Source: Gemmatimonadaceae bacterium (GTDB lineage: Bacteria > Gemmatimonadota > Gemmatimonadetes > Gemmatimonadales > Gemmatimonadaceae). From it: a stretch of 44,863 nucleotides of DNA. The position numbers and the translations under genes are program-made. Shown here piece after piece: positions 8,529-17,484 of the stretch. The stretch lies in contig JANOIJ010000203.1 in assembly GCA_031407575.1 (NCBI GenBank), positions 1 to 44,863 on the forward strand. Reading direction: 5' to 3'. The notes below the pieces were generated by a model. The model was given only the letters and a program-made list of their open reading frames with translations. It had not been told where the DNA came from and searched no databases. Each line of letters starts with the position of its first letter. Positions within the stretch are counted from its first letter, which is position 1.

Positions 8529-9110
8529 CTACGGAAGCGCGACCACCGTTAGCATAGATCCGTCCAGGACATCCACGACCTGCACGCGCGTTCCGGCCAC
8601 GAGCAGGGACTCCACCGGCGCTCCGTCGGATTGCACGGCAGGCCATTCGACCTGCCGTCCGCCGACGACCAATCGGACTTTGCCGGGCGTGGCGCGCCCT
8701 CCGGCAATGGGCAGCGACACCACGGCGTCCAGTCCAATCGCATGCTCGAGGTTGACAGATCCGTCGGCCTCCATGCGCGTAAAGCTCCGCATCACGAAGG
8801 CCACGAACCCGTAGATCGCGACGCCGAGCAGCAGCGCGAGCGCAAGCGCCACGACGCTGTTGAACTGTCGCTGCGCCAGCAAGCCACCAAGTCCGGCGAA
8901 CCCGATGCCCGCGGCAATCGCACGCGGACTGCGGAAGTGGAATGCGTCGAGCGCCGTGCTGTGCGTGGCGCCCGGATGGTGGACATCGAGCGTGTGATCC
9001 CCATGTGGATCGGGGGCGTCATGACCGCCCAGCCCGAAGACCGATCCAATGACCTGCAGTACTCCGATCGTCCCTCCCACGACCGCGAGAAAGACGAAAA
9101 AGGACGTCAT
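8529..9110 (-). CDS. NfeD-family membrane protein (flotillin partner)
   Basis: Start set at the internal ATG (MTSFFVFLAVVGG...). It has N-terminal TM segments and a C-terminal OB-fold-like segment (GKVRLVVGGRQVEWPAV...GTRVQVVDVLDGSMLTV). It lies immediately upstream of the flotillin gene in the same orientation. Confidence 0.75.
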   Translation of the reverse strand: MTSFFVFLAVVGGTIGVLQVIGSVFGLGGHDAPDPHGDHTLDVHHPGATHSTALDAFHFRSPRAIAAGIGFAGLGGLLAQRQFNSVVALALALLLGVAIYGFVAFVMRSFTRMEADGSVNLEHAIGLDAVVSLPIAGGRATPGKVRLVVGGRQVEWPAVQSDGAPVESLLVAGTRVQVVDVLDGSMLTVVALP

Positions 9111-9115
9111 GGGAC

Positions 9116-10063
9116 TCAGGTCACGCTCGCCCGTTCGGCGCGCACGTGACAGAGCCAGTTGTACCGGTCGTCCGTCTTGCCCTGCACGACGTCGAGGAAG
9201 CTGCGCTGGAGCAGCCTGGTCACCTCGCCCGCGCGGCCGATGCCGACCTTGATCTTGTCCACGCTGCGCACCGGCGTGACCTCGGACGCCGTCCCCGTGA
9301 GGAAGATCTCGTCGCACGTGTAGAGCAGTTCCCGCTGGAGTGGCTGCTCACGCACATCGAGGCCCGCGTCGCGCGCGAGGGTGATGATCGAGTCGCGCGT
9401 GATGCCGGGCAGCAGGGTGCCGTTCGTCGGCGTGGTGAAGACCACACCCTTCTGCACCACGAACACGTTCTGCCCCGAGCCCTCACTGATCAATCCATCG
9501 GGACCGAGCGCGATGGCTTCGTCGTACCCGTTGGCCAGCGCTTCCATCTTGATGAGCTGCCCGCCGAGGTAGTTGCCGGCCACCTTGGCCATGGACGGCG
9601 TGGTGTTCGGCGCCATGCGATGCCAGCTGGACACGCACGCGTCCGCGCCGTTCTCCATGGCGTGATCGCCAAGATAGGCGCCCCAGGGCCAGCAGGGGAG
9701 GAACACTTCGACGGGGCTGTCGAACGGCACCATGCCCGCGGCGCCGTACCCGCGCAGCACCATGGGCCGCACGTAGCAGGAGTCCATTCCGTTCTTCTCG
9801 ACCAGCTCGCAGCACGCCGCGACCAGCTCGTCCAGCGTGTACGGCACGTCCATGCGGTAGATCTTGCACGAGTTCAGCAGTCGCTGGAGATGATCCTCCA
9901 GGCGGAAGATCGCTGGCCCGCGCGGCGTGCTGTAGCAGCGAATGCCTTCGAACACCGACGACCCGAACTGCATCGAATGAGACAGCACGTGGACGTTCGC
10001 GTCCTTCCAGGGAATGAAGGATCCGTCGCGCCAGATCCACTCGGTCTCGCTGAGCTTCGCCAT
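9116..10063 (-). CDS. ilvE: Branched-chain amino acid aminotransferase
   Basis: 315 aa of fold-type IV aminotransferase with typical sequence (WRDGSFIPWKDANVHVLSHSMQFGSSVFEGIRCY; PLP-lysine region). Confidence 0.88.
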   Translation of the reverse strand: MAKLSETEWIWRDGSFIPWKDANVHVLSHSMQFGSSVFEGIRCYSTPRGPAIFRLEDHLQRLLNSCKIYRMDVPYTLDELVAACCELVEKNGMDSCYVRPMVLRGYGAAGMVPFDSPVEVFLPCWPWGAYLGDHAMENGADACVSSWHRMAPNTTPSMAKVAGNYLGGQLIKMEALANGYDEAIALGPDGLISEGSGQNVFVVQKGVVFTTPTNGTLLPGITRDSIITLARDAGLDVREQPLQRELLYTCDEIFLTGTASEVTPVRSVDKIKVGIGRAGEVTRLLQRSFLDVVQGKTDDRYNWLCHVRAERASVT

Positions 10064-10085
10064 CTATCGATTCTCCAAAAAAGAG

Positions 10086-10213
10086 GTGCAGGTACAGCAG
10101 CAGGTGCAGATCCTTCGAACAAGTGCAGATCCTTCGCTGCGCTCAGGATGACAACCCGAGCAGTTGCAGGTACTACAGCAGTTGTCATCCTGAGCGCAGC
10201 GAAGGATCTGCAC
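10086..10213. repeat. Family-A composite repeat element (1.5 forward units, an inverted unit, plus the internal sub-repeat GCAGGTAC(T)ACAGCAG twice)
   Basis: GTGCAGATCCTTCGCTGCGCTCAGGATGACAAC at 10126-10158 and its reverse complement at 10181-10213. It occupies the entire gap between the peptidase stop (10223) and the ilvE start (10063). Confidence 0.85.
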
Positions 10214-10222
10214 CTAGGGCGC

Positions 10223-11632
10223 TCATGACATCGCGAGCTCGTCCCACAGTGTGGCGATGGCGCGCATGCCTTTCGTGAAGTTCTCGACGCTCATCCACTC
10301 ATCGGGCGCGTGGGCGTTCTCGCCGGGTAGCCCGAAACCTACTAGAAGAACCGGCGCGCCGAGAACCCGCGCGAAATCCCCGACTACCGGAATGGAGCCG
10401 CCCTCCCCGGTGATCACGGGTTCGCGCCCGAACGCCGCCGCCAGCGCGCGGCGCGCCGCGTCGAACAGCGGTCCGGTGATCTCGGCGCGCCATGGCTTGC
10501 CGCCGTGCAGGTGCGTCACCGTGGCCGTCACACCATCGGGCGCCACGCGCGCGACGTGCGCGGCCATGAGCCGCTCGATCTCGGCGGGATCCTGATCGGG
10601 GACGAGGCGGCAGCTCACCTTCGCCATCGCCTTCGCAGGGAGCACCGTCTTGCCGCCCTCGCCCGTGTAGCCGCTCAGCAGGCCGTTCACCTCGCAGGTC
10701 GGGCGTGTCCACAACCGCTCCAGGACGGTGTATCCCGGCTCACCGCCGAGCGCGGGCGAGCCGGCTTCGGCGCGAAAGTGCTCGTCGTTAAAGGGGAGCG
10801 TCCGCATTTGCTCGCGAACCGCCGCCGGCCATTCGTCCACGGCGTCATAGAAGCCGGGAATGGCGACGCGACCCTCCGCGTCGTGCATGGTGGCCAGGAT
10901 GCGCGCGAGGGCCATGGCCGGATTGACGACGGCGCCACCGTAACTGCCCGAGTGCAGGTCCTGCGCGGGGCCCTGCACGTCGACCTGGAAGTACGCGAGC
11001 CCCCGGAGCGACGACAGGATGCTCGGCAGGCCGGGCGCGAACATGGCGGAATCCGAGATCACCACGGCGTCGCAGGCAAGCTCCGCGGCGTGCGACTCGA
11101 CGAACGACGCCAGGTGCTCGCTGCCAACCTCCTCCTCCCCCTCGGCAAGGACCACCACGTTGACGGGGAGCGTTCCACGCACCTCGAGATGCGCCTCGAG
11201 CGCCTTGATGTGAAGGAACAGCTGGCCCTTGTCGTCCACCGATCCGCGAGCATAGAGGCGGCCGTCGCGGATGGTCGGCTCGAACGCGGGCGACGTCCAG
11301 AGCTCGAGCGGCTCAGCGGGCTGCACGTCGTAGTGGCCGTAGACGAGCACCGTGGGCGCGCCCGACGGCGCGCCGCGCCATTCGCCCACCACCACCGGAT
11401 GGCCGGCCGTGGCGTGCACCGTGGCCGTGAGGCCGGCGGCGCGCAGCGACTGGGCAGTCCACTCCGCTGCGCGCACGGTGTCTGCATCGTGCTCGGAACG
11501 CGCGCTAACACTCGGGATGCGCAGAAACTCGAACAACTCGCCGCGAATCCGTTCGTCGTGCGTCGTGAGATAGGCGTCGAGGTCGGCAGGAACGTCGGTC
11601 ATCGTGCGCTGTGGAGGAGGAAAATTGATCAA
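10223..11632 (-). CDS. M20-family metallopeptidase (dipeptidase/ArgE/DapE/CPG2-like)
   Basis: 469 aa with M20 signatures (HYDVQPAEP...; GSVDDKGQ metal-binding Asp; Glu-Glu in EGEEEVGS). Confidence 0.85.
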   Translation of the reverse strand: MINFPPPQRTMTDVPADLDAYLTTHDERIRGELFEFLRIPSVSARSEHDADTVRAAEWTAQSLRAAGLTATVHATAGHPVVVGEWRGAPSGAPTVLVYGHYDVQPAEPLELWTSPAFEPTIRDGRLYARGSVDDKGQLFLHIKALEAHLEVRGTLPVNVVVLAEGEEEVGSEHLASFVESHAAELACDAVVISDSAMFAPGLPSILSSLRGLAYFQVDVQGPAQDLHSGSYGGAVVNPAMALARILATMHDAEGRVAIPGFYDAVDEWPAAVREQMRTLPFNDEHFRAEAGSPALGGEPGYTVLERLWTRPTCEVNGLLSGYTGEGGKTVLPAKAMAKVSCRLVPDQDPAEIERLMAAHVARVAPDGVTATVTHLHGGKPWRAEITGPLFDAARRALAAAFGREPVITGEGGSIPVVGDFARVLGAPVLLVGFGLPGENAHAPDEWMSVENFTKGMRAIATLWDELAMS

Positions 11633-11747
11633 AACGGACGGCTATAACGTTTCGGGATCGGAAAGTGACACCAATCAAGCGCGCTCCGCTCGCGGCATTC
11701 GGCGCATGATAGCATTGTCGGGTAAATCATTCAGGCGAGCGTAATTC

Positions 11748-12290
11748 ATGACCGCTGTCGATACCATCTCATACCGTTCGACGTCGATGCCGACCAAGAC
11801 CAGCGCCCTTCGGGACGAGATCAAGCAGACGCGGCCGTTCAGCTCGCCCGCGCAAGAGGGTGTGGTGAGCATCCTTCGCACGGCGGCGTTGCTGACGCGT
11901 CATGTCTCGCACGTGGTCGAGGGCAGCGGCGTCACGATCCAACAATACAACGTGCTGCGCATCCTGCGCGGCGCCGGAAGCGTCGGCCTGCCGACGCTCG
12001 CCATCCGGGACCGGATGATCGAGGAGGCGGCCGGCATCACGCGCCTGCTCGACAAGCTGGAGACGTCGGGTCACGTCGTGCGTGAGCGGTCGACGCCGGA
12101 TCGCCGGCAGGTGCTCTGCCGGATCACGCCGGCTGGCCTGCGCGTGCTCACCCAGCTGGACGAACCTGTCGACGCCGCGAACGAGATGGCGCTGCACGCC
12201 ATGAGCGACGACGAGAAGAATTCACTCATCGAGCTCCTCGGCGCGGTGCGCGCCGGCCTCGCCACGAAGCCCGCGAATCGCGCCCGTTAG
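11748..12290 (+). CDS. MarR-family transcriptional regulator
   Basis: 180 aa with a winged-HTH MarR core (QQYNVLRILRGAG...LPTLAIRDRMIEEAAGITRLLDKLETSGHVVRERSTPDRRQVLCRITPAG). Confidence 0.85.
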   Translation: MTAVDTISYRSTSMPTKTSALRDEIKQTRPFSSPAQEGVVSILRTAALLTRHVSHVVEGSGVTIQQYNVLRILRGAGSVGLPTLAIRDRMIEEAAGITRLLDKLETSGHVVRERSTPDRRQVLCRITPAGLRVLTQLDEPVDAANEMALHAMSDDEKNSLIELLGAVRAGLATKPANRAR

Positions 12291-12300
12291 GCCCGACACG

Positions 12301-13803
12301 CTACTGCCGCGGCGGCCATCCGCCGCGGTAGCCGGCAAGGACCCAGATGCGACGCACGCTGACGGTATCCGCACCCCGTAGCTGCGGTGCGAGCTCGCCA
12401 CGCGTCGTGCTCGTGAAGTGCGGCGCGAGTCGCTCGACACTCGCCGGCGTAGTCGTCGTCTCGTCAAGGGCCAGGACGAGGTTGTCGTTCACCTGCGCCG
12501 TGGCGGGAAAGCTGGGCCACAGCTCGTACTGATTTCGTCGTCCCGAGAGGCACACGCAGAACGTGGTTGGCCTTTCGGGCAGGTGATATGCGAGCTCGCT
12601 CACATCCTGGTACCGGTCCGCGCCGACGAACGTGCGTCCGCCAACGGCCGCACGCGCCTGCTCGACGCGCGCCACCAGGCCGTCGAAGCCCGCGCTGCGC
12701 GCAATGGGATCGCGACGCGCCGGCAGCGGAAGGATGGGCACCAGCGCATGCACATAGATGATCGCGACGAGCACGGCGGCCAGCGCCATGCCGCGACGCA
12801 GCCAGCGGTCGTGCGCCTGCGATGCCGTCGCGGCGACGAGCAGCGCGATGGCAGGGATGTACGACGGCGCCGGCCAGTTCGCTTCCACCGACTTGCGGGT
12901 CGCGGAGTAGACGAAGAACACCCAACTGCCCACGGCCACCGCCGCGAGCGTGAAGCGCACGTCGTCCGCCGCTCGACGCAGTGTTCGCCACACCGCGGCG
13001 GCGGCGAGCGCAAACAGGATGGGCGACACCAGGCCGAGCTGTCCGCCGATGAGGTCGAGCTCGCGCTTGATCGCCGAGCCCTTCGGCGTGCCGAGTCCAT
13101 GCTGGAGCTGGAACGTGAACGAGATCCAGTCGTGGAGCGCGTTCCATTGGAGCACGGGAAGGAACACGAGCGTCGCGACGATGCAGGCTGCATACGGCCC
13201 GGGCTCGCGCAGCCGCTGTCGCAGAGACGGACGCAGCAGCACCGCCGCGGTGATGGTGAGCGGCAGCAGGATGCTCGTGTACTTGGACGTGAAGGCGAGT
13301 CCGAGTGCGATGCCGGCGCCGATCCAGAAACGGAACGATTCGCGCGAGCCCACCGGCTGCTCGACGGCGCGCACGACGAAGTAGAGTGCCGCCGCGCTGG
13401 TGGCGAGGAGCGGGGAGTCCGGCGTCGCCAGGACGAGACCAGTGGCGGCAAGCGGCATGAGCGCGAAGACGATGGCCGCCAGCCGCGCCGCGACCGCACC
13501 ACCCAGCATCAACGCGATACGCGCCGTGTAGAACGCCGCGACGCCGCCGGCGAGCACGGGGAAGAACCGGATGGCCAGCGGCGATGGCTCAGCGCCGAAT
13601 AGCGCAAACAGCGAGGTGCCCGCGGCGATCAGGTGCGCGATGGCGGGCGGATGATCGAAGTAGCCGTTCGCGAGGTGGCGCGACCACTCCCAGTAGTACG
13701 CCTCGTCGGGGAAGAGCGGCAGCAGCGCGGCGAAGACGAGCCGAACGAGCGTGGCCACGCACGTGACGGCAAGCGCCGCGCGCCAGTCCTGGGCGCTGGT
13801 CAT
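12301..13803 (-). CDS. GT-C family (GT39/GT83, ArnT/PMT-like) membrane glycosyltransferase
   Basis: Start set at the internal ATG (MTSAQDW...). The N-terminal motif PLFPDEAYYWEWSRHLANGYFDHPP is typical of ArnT/PMT-type lipid-linked sugar transferases, and the protein has about 10 or more TM helices. The start abuts the stop of the upstream PHP gene. Confidence 0.8.
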   Translation of the reverse strand: MTSAQDWRAALAVTCVATLVRLVFAALLPLFPDEAYYWEWSRHLANGYFDHPPAIAHLIAAGTSLFALFGAEPSPLAIRFFPVLAGGVAAFYTARIALMLGGAVAARLAAIVFALMPLAATGLVLATPDSPLLATSAAALYFVVRAVEQPVGSRESFRFWIGAGIALGLAFTSKYTSILLPLTITAAVLLRPSLRQRLREPGPYAACIVATLVFLPVLQWNALHDWISFTFQLQHGLGTPKGSAIKRELDLIGGQLGLVSPILFALAAAAVWRTLRRAADDVRFTLAAVAVGSWVFFVYSATRKSVEANWPAPSYIPAIALLVAATASQAHDRWLRRGMALAAVLVAIIYVHALVPILPLPARRDPIARSAGFDGLVARVEQARAAVGGRTFVGADRYQDVSELAYHLPERPTTFCVCLSGRRNQYELWPSFPATAQVNDNLVLALDETTTTPASVERLAPHFTSTTRGELAPQLRGADTVSVRRIWVLAGYRGGWPPRQ

Positions 13804-13807
13804 GCGG

Positions 13808-15085
13808 TCAGGAGGCCGCCGCGGTGCCGCGCCGTCGCGCTCGCAACACGTACCAGAGGACAGCGAGCGCGGCGATCCACGCGAGCCACACGATGCGTTC
13901 GTCGCCGGACAGCGTGCGCAGCATTCCCCAGCCAACGATCGGCACGGTGAATGGCAGCGCCAGTCCGGTCTCGGTGTCTGCGACATAGCGCTCGACCACC
14001 TTCGTCGAGCGCCGGCCACCGCCTCGCAGCGCGTTGCTGATCATCACCGTCAGCTGCTCGGACGAGAGGGCGCGCCAATTCGGGAAGAACATGAGCGTCC
14101 ATCCGGTGGCCGTGTGGCCCCACCCGTGGTGATCGCTGCCCGCAACGAGCGCGAGATTGAGGCTGTCCGCGAGATGGACGATGCGCGCGCGCTCGCGGCG
14201 CCCCTGCCCCAGTCCCTTGGGCGAACCGTCGATGACCTCGATGGCGCGGACGCCGGCGGTTCCGGGCCCCGTCGCGGCAACGAACTTCGAGAGGTCGCCC
14301 GGAATCGTCTCAATGAGCACGGGCTCGGCGCCCGGAATCCCGCTGACCATCCTGAGCGACGCCTCGTCGATGTCGCGGAGGTTTGCGGTGAGGATGCCCT
14401 GGTACATGCGGTCGGCGTCGAGGACGTTCACGTGCTCGCCGTTCCACACCACCTCGATGCCCGGCAGCAGCGAGGTGCCCTCGCCGGCGCGGGTCGGGTT
14501 GTTCGGCCAGGCGTCGCGCGCGCCCTCGAACGTGCGGTGGTCTGTGATGAACGCGACGTCGAAGCCGGCGTCGCGATGCCAGTTCCGGACGTCAGCCGGG
14601 TGCCAGTCGGAGCGGCCGTCGTGCGAGAAGCGCGTGTGGGCGTGGAAGTCGATGGCCATGATGTCGGCCGCCGTCTCCAGCCTGGCCATGGGACGCGGCA
14701 TGATGGTCGTGGCGGCGTAGACGCCGACGAGCGCGACGAGGCCAACGCCGATTCTGGCCACTTCGCGCAGCGCGCGATGCGTGGCGGTGCGCGCCACCAC
14801 GCGTCCGACGAACCACCACCAGACGACATAGCCAACGACGAGGGTGATCCACAGCGCCACGTGCTGCCGGAGGCTCAGCAGCGTGAGCGTGTCCAGCACG
14901 GCCGACACGGGCGCGAGCAGCACGTATCCCGTGGGTCTGTGGAGCGTGACTTCGCTGACGGTGCCGAAGGTCGCGGCGTCGTGAAATGGCAAGCGCGCGA
15001 ACATCGCCGACACGGCGACGAGCACGGCCGTGACGAGCAGCGCGAGCGGAATTGCGGGCAACCGCAGAATGGATGGGAGCTTCAC
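13808..15085 (-). CDS. Membrane-anchored PHP-domain phosphoesterase
   Basis: N-terminal TM helices are followed by the PHP metal-binding motif (AIDFHAHTRFSHDG) and further His/Asp motifs (DHHGWGH). The start is uncertain: GTG at 15085 or ATG at 15004. The ORF-track extension to 15643 would overlap the divergent gene at 15257 and is rejected. Confidence 0.7.
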   Translation of the reverse strand: MKLPSILRLPAIPLALLVTAVLVAVSAMFARLPFHDAATFGTVSEVTLHRPTGYVLLAPVSAVLDTLTLLSLRQHVALWITLVVGYVVWWWFVGRVVARTATHRALREVARIGVGLVALVGVYAATTIMPRPMARLETAADIMAIDFHAHTRFSHDGRSDWHPADVRNWHRDAGFDVAFITDHRTFEGARDAWPNNPTRAGEGTSLLPGIEVVWNGEHVNVLDADRMYQGILTANLRDIDEASLRMVSGIPGAEPVLIETIPGDLSKFVAATGPGTAGVRAIEVIDGSPKGLGQGRRERARIVHLADSLNLALVAGSDHHGWGHTATGWTLMFFPNWRALSSEQLTVMISNALRGGGRRSTKVVERYVADTETGLALPFTVPIVGWGMLRTLSGDERIVWLAWIAALAVLWYVLRARRRGTAAAS

Positions 15086-15103
15086 GCGGGGGAAGATAGT
15101 AGA

Positions 15104-15165
15104 CGAGAACGGAGAGCGGCGAGCGGAGAACGGAGAACGGCGAAACGGCGAACGGCGAACGGCGA
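15104..15165. repeat. Imperfect tandem heptamer array G(A/C)GA(A/G)CG, about 9 copies, in the divergent promoter region
   Basis: gagaacg gagagcg gcgagcg gagaacg gagaacg gcgaaacg gcgaacg gcgaacg gcgag. It lies between the PHP-gene start and the thioredoxin-domain gene start (15257). Confidence 0.7.
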
Positions 15166-15256
15166 GTATCCTGCGCGACGAACCTGCGTTTCGCCGATCG
15201 CCGCGCTCCGCTCGCCACTCCCGTTCCCAGTTCGCCGCGCGCCGGTACTTTAGAAG

Positions 15257-17278
15257 ATGGCCAATCACCTCGCCGGCGAGACCAGTCCGTACCTGCTCCA
15301 GCACGCGCACAATCCCGTTGATTGGCGGCCGTGGGGCGAGGACGCGCTGGCGCTCTCGCGCACCGAGCGCAAGCCCATCCTCCTCAGCATCGGCTACGCG
15401 GCGTGCCACTGGTGTCACGTCATGGAGCGCGAGTCGTTCGAGAACACCGCGATCGCCGCACTCATGAACGAACACTTCGTCTGCATCAAGGTGGACCGCG
15501 AGGAGCGCCCCGATCTCGACGCGATCTACATGCAGGCCACGCAGGCCATGACGGGACACGGCGGATGGCCGATGACGGTGTTTCTCACGCCCGAGGGCGA
15601 GCCGTTTTACGCTGGTACCTACTTTCCGCCGGACGACCGCCACGGCATGCCCAGCTTTGGCCGAGTGTTGCTCGGCGTGAGCGATGCGTGGCGAAGCCGG
15701 CAGGACACCGTGGTGCGCACCGCGGCGCAGATGCGCGAGCTGTACGCGGCGAGTACCGAGCGCACACGCTCCACCGGCACGCTCGACGAAGCGCTACTGC
15801 TCCGCGCGGTCGATTCGTTGAAGCAGCGGTACGAACCGAAGTTCGGCGGCTTCGACGGCGCGCCGAAGTTTCCGCCGACCATGGCGCTGGACTTCGCGCT
15901 TCGGAGCTGGGCGCGTACGGGCGACGCGGATGCGCTCGCGATGGTGACGCACACCTTCCAGCGTATGGCGCGCGGCGGCATCTACGACCAGGTGGGCGGC
16001 GGGTTCTCGCGCTACAGTGTGGATGCGTACTGGCTCGTACCCCACTTCGAGAAGATGCTGTACGACAACGCGCTCCTTGTGCGGCTCGGCGCGCATCTCT
16101 ACCAGGCCACGCATGACGCTGAGGTGCGACGCGTCACTGAGGAGACGCTCGGCTGGGTGTTCCGGGAGATGACGTCGCCCGAGGGCGGATTCTATTCCTC
16201 GCTCGATGCGGACAGCGAGGGCCATGAGGGCCGCTACTACGTCTGGGACTCCAGCGAGCTCGACGCATTGCTCGGCGAGGACTCGTCGCTGCTGAAGTCG
16301 TACTGGGGCGTGACGCCCGGCGGCAACTTCGAGGGGCGCAACATCCTCTTCGCGCCGGATGATCCGTCGGCGGTTGCGCGCGCGCAGGGCGTGACGGAGC
16401 CCGAGTTGCGGACAGCGATCGAGCGCGCGACGCGCATCCTGTACGACGCGCGTGAGCGCCGCGTGCGTCCTGCGCGAGACGAGAAGATCCTCGCCGGGTG
16501 GAACGGCCTGATGCTGCGCGGCGTGGCCGAGGCGGCGCGTGCGTTCGGCGACGACGATCTTCGTGCGCAGGCGGTGACGAACGGGGAATTTCTCTTTCGC
16601 GCGCTGGTGCGCGACGGACGCGTGCTGCGCTCCTACAAGGATGGCGTCGCGAAGATCGACGGCTTCCTTGAAGACCACGCGGCACTGGGGCTTGGCGCGA
16701 TTGCGCTGTATCAGCTCACCTTCGATCGTGTGTGGATCGATCGCGCGCGCGCGCTCGGCGACCAGATTCTCGGGCGGTTCTGGGACGATGACACGCACGC
16801 GTTCTTCGACACGGCGGCGGATGCGGAACGGCTGGTGACGCGTCCGCGGGACGTCACCGACAACGCGCTGCCGAGTGGAACGTCACTGGCGATCGAGCTG
16901 CTGCTGTCGCTCGGTGACTACTTCGATGTGCGCGAGTACACCGACCGCGCGACGCACATGCTGGAGACAGTAGCCGAGCCGATGGCGCGGTACCCCACGG
17001 CGTTCGGCCACGCGCTCGGCGCGGCGGACATGGCGGTGCGCGGCGCGGTGGAGGTGGCGCTTGTGGGACCGGTGTCGGACGAGCGGTTTCAGGCGTTGCT
17101 GCGCGCGGTGGCGGAACGGTACGTGCCGTCGCTGCTACTGGCCGGCGGTGATGCGCACGGCATCGCGGTGATGAAGGATCGTGCGCGCAACGAGCCGACG
17201 GCGTTCGTCTGCCACGCATACACATGCTCTGCTCCAACGACCGATTCTGCGATCCTCGGCAAACTGTTGTCATCCTGA
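15257..17278 (+). CDS. Thioredoxin-domain protein of the DUF255/YyaL family (thioredoxin fold plus six-hairpin glycosidase-like domain)
   Basis: 673 aa. The N-terminus ([54 protein letters not shown]) is the hallmark of DUF255 and spermatogenesis-associated protein 20-like proteins. Confidence 0.88.
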   Translation: MANHLAGETSPYLLQHAHNPVDWRPWGEDALALSRTERKPILLSIGYAACHWCHVMERESFENTAIAALMNEHFVCIKVDREERPDLDAIYMQATQAMTGHGGWPMTVFLTPEGEPFYAGTYFPPDDRHGMPSFGRVLLGVSDAWRSRQDTVVRTAAQMRELYAASTERTRSTGTLDEALLLRAVDSLKQRYEPKFGGFDGAPKFPPTMALDFALRSWARTGDADALAMVTHTFQRMARGGIYDQVGGGFSRYSVDAYWLVPHFEKMLYDNALLVRLGAHLYQATHDAEVRRVTEETLGWVFREMTSPEGGFYSSLDADSEGHEGRYYVWDSSELDALLGEDSSLLKSYWGVTPGGNFEGRNILFAPDDPSAVARAQGVTEPELRTAIERATRILYDARERRVRPARDEKILAGWNGLMLRGVAEAARAFGDDDLRAQAVTNGEFLFRALVRDGRVLRSYKDGVAKIDGFLEDHAALGLGAIALYQLTFDRVWIDRARALGDQILGRFWDDDTHAFFDTAADAERLVTRPRDVTDNALPSGTSLAIELLLSLGDYFDVREYTDRATHMLETVAEPMARYPTAFGHALGAADMAVRGAVEVALVGPVSDERFQALLRAVAERYVPSLLLAGGDAHGIAVMKDRARNEPTAFVCHAYTCSAPTTDSAILGKLLSS

Positions 17279-17296
17279 GCGTCGCCGAGGGATCAC
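17267..17296. repeat. Partial family-A unit (TTGTCATCCTGAGCGTCGCCGAGGGATCAC) overlapping the stop codon of the preceding gene
   Basis: The TGA stop of the thioredoxin-domain gene (17276-17278) is the TGA inside the repeat core CATCCTGAGC. Confidence 0.7.
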
Positions 17297-17304
17297 AGAA
17301 CACG

Positions 17305-17443
17305 TTTGGGGTCAGAGTCGGGGTCAGAGTCGGGGTCAGAGTCGGGGTCAGAGTCGGGTTTGGTCAGAGTCGGGGAGGCGCGTAGCGTTTGGCTGCGCAT
17401 GGGATCGGAATCGCCCGCGACTCTGACCCCCGACTCTGACCCC
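17305..17443. repeat. Tandem 12-mer GGGGTCAGAGTC x4 plus one degenerate copy (17308-17371), with two inverted copies GACTCTGACCCC (17419-17443)
   Basis: Direct reading gives four perfect consecutive 12-mers, about 45 nt of unique sequence, then two reverse-complement copies. This could form a long hairpin. Confidence 0.8.
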
Positions 17444-17478
17444 AACTAGTTGACAAAAGCAACTATCTGCGCCAACAT
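17444..17478 (+). promoter_or_regulatory. Putative promoter/operator of the MarR-GNAT gene: 8-bp palindrome AACTAGTT overlapping TTGACA, and inverted repeat AGTTG-N7-CAACT
   Basis: TTGACA at 17450-17455, and a weak -10 (CAACAT) 17 nt downstream. Dyad symmetry overlapping the -35 is typical of MarR autoregulatory operators. The ATG is at 17485. Confidence 0.45.
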
Positions 17479-17484
17479 CAGGGC

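Noticed and set aside
11633-11747. A MarR operator in the AT-rich divergent region upstream of the first MarR gene
   Set aside because: No clear dyad symmetry was found beyond short chance matches.
13808-15643. The 611-aa ORF extending through the heptamer array, where it would encode RRSPF repeats
   Set aside because: It would overlap the divergent DUF255 gene start at 15257 by about 390 nt. The N-terminal part is Arg-rich and low-complexity and is generated by the tandem repeat. The start was moved to 15085 or 15004.
17305-17443. The 12-mer tandem array as a CRISPR array
   Set aside because: The repeats are contiguous with no spacers and are only 12 nt long. No cas genes are present.
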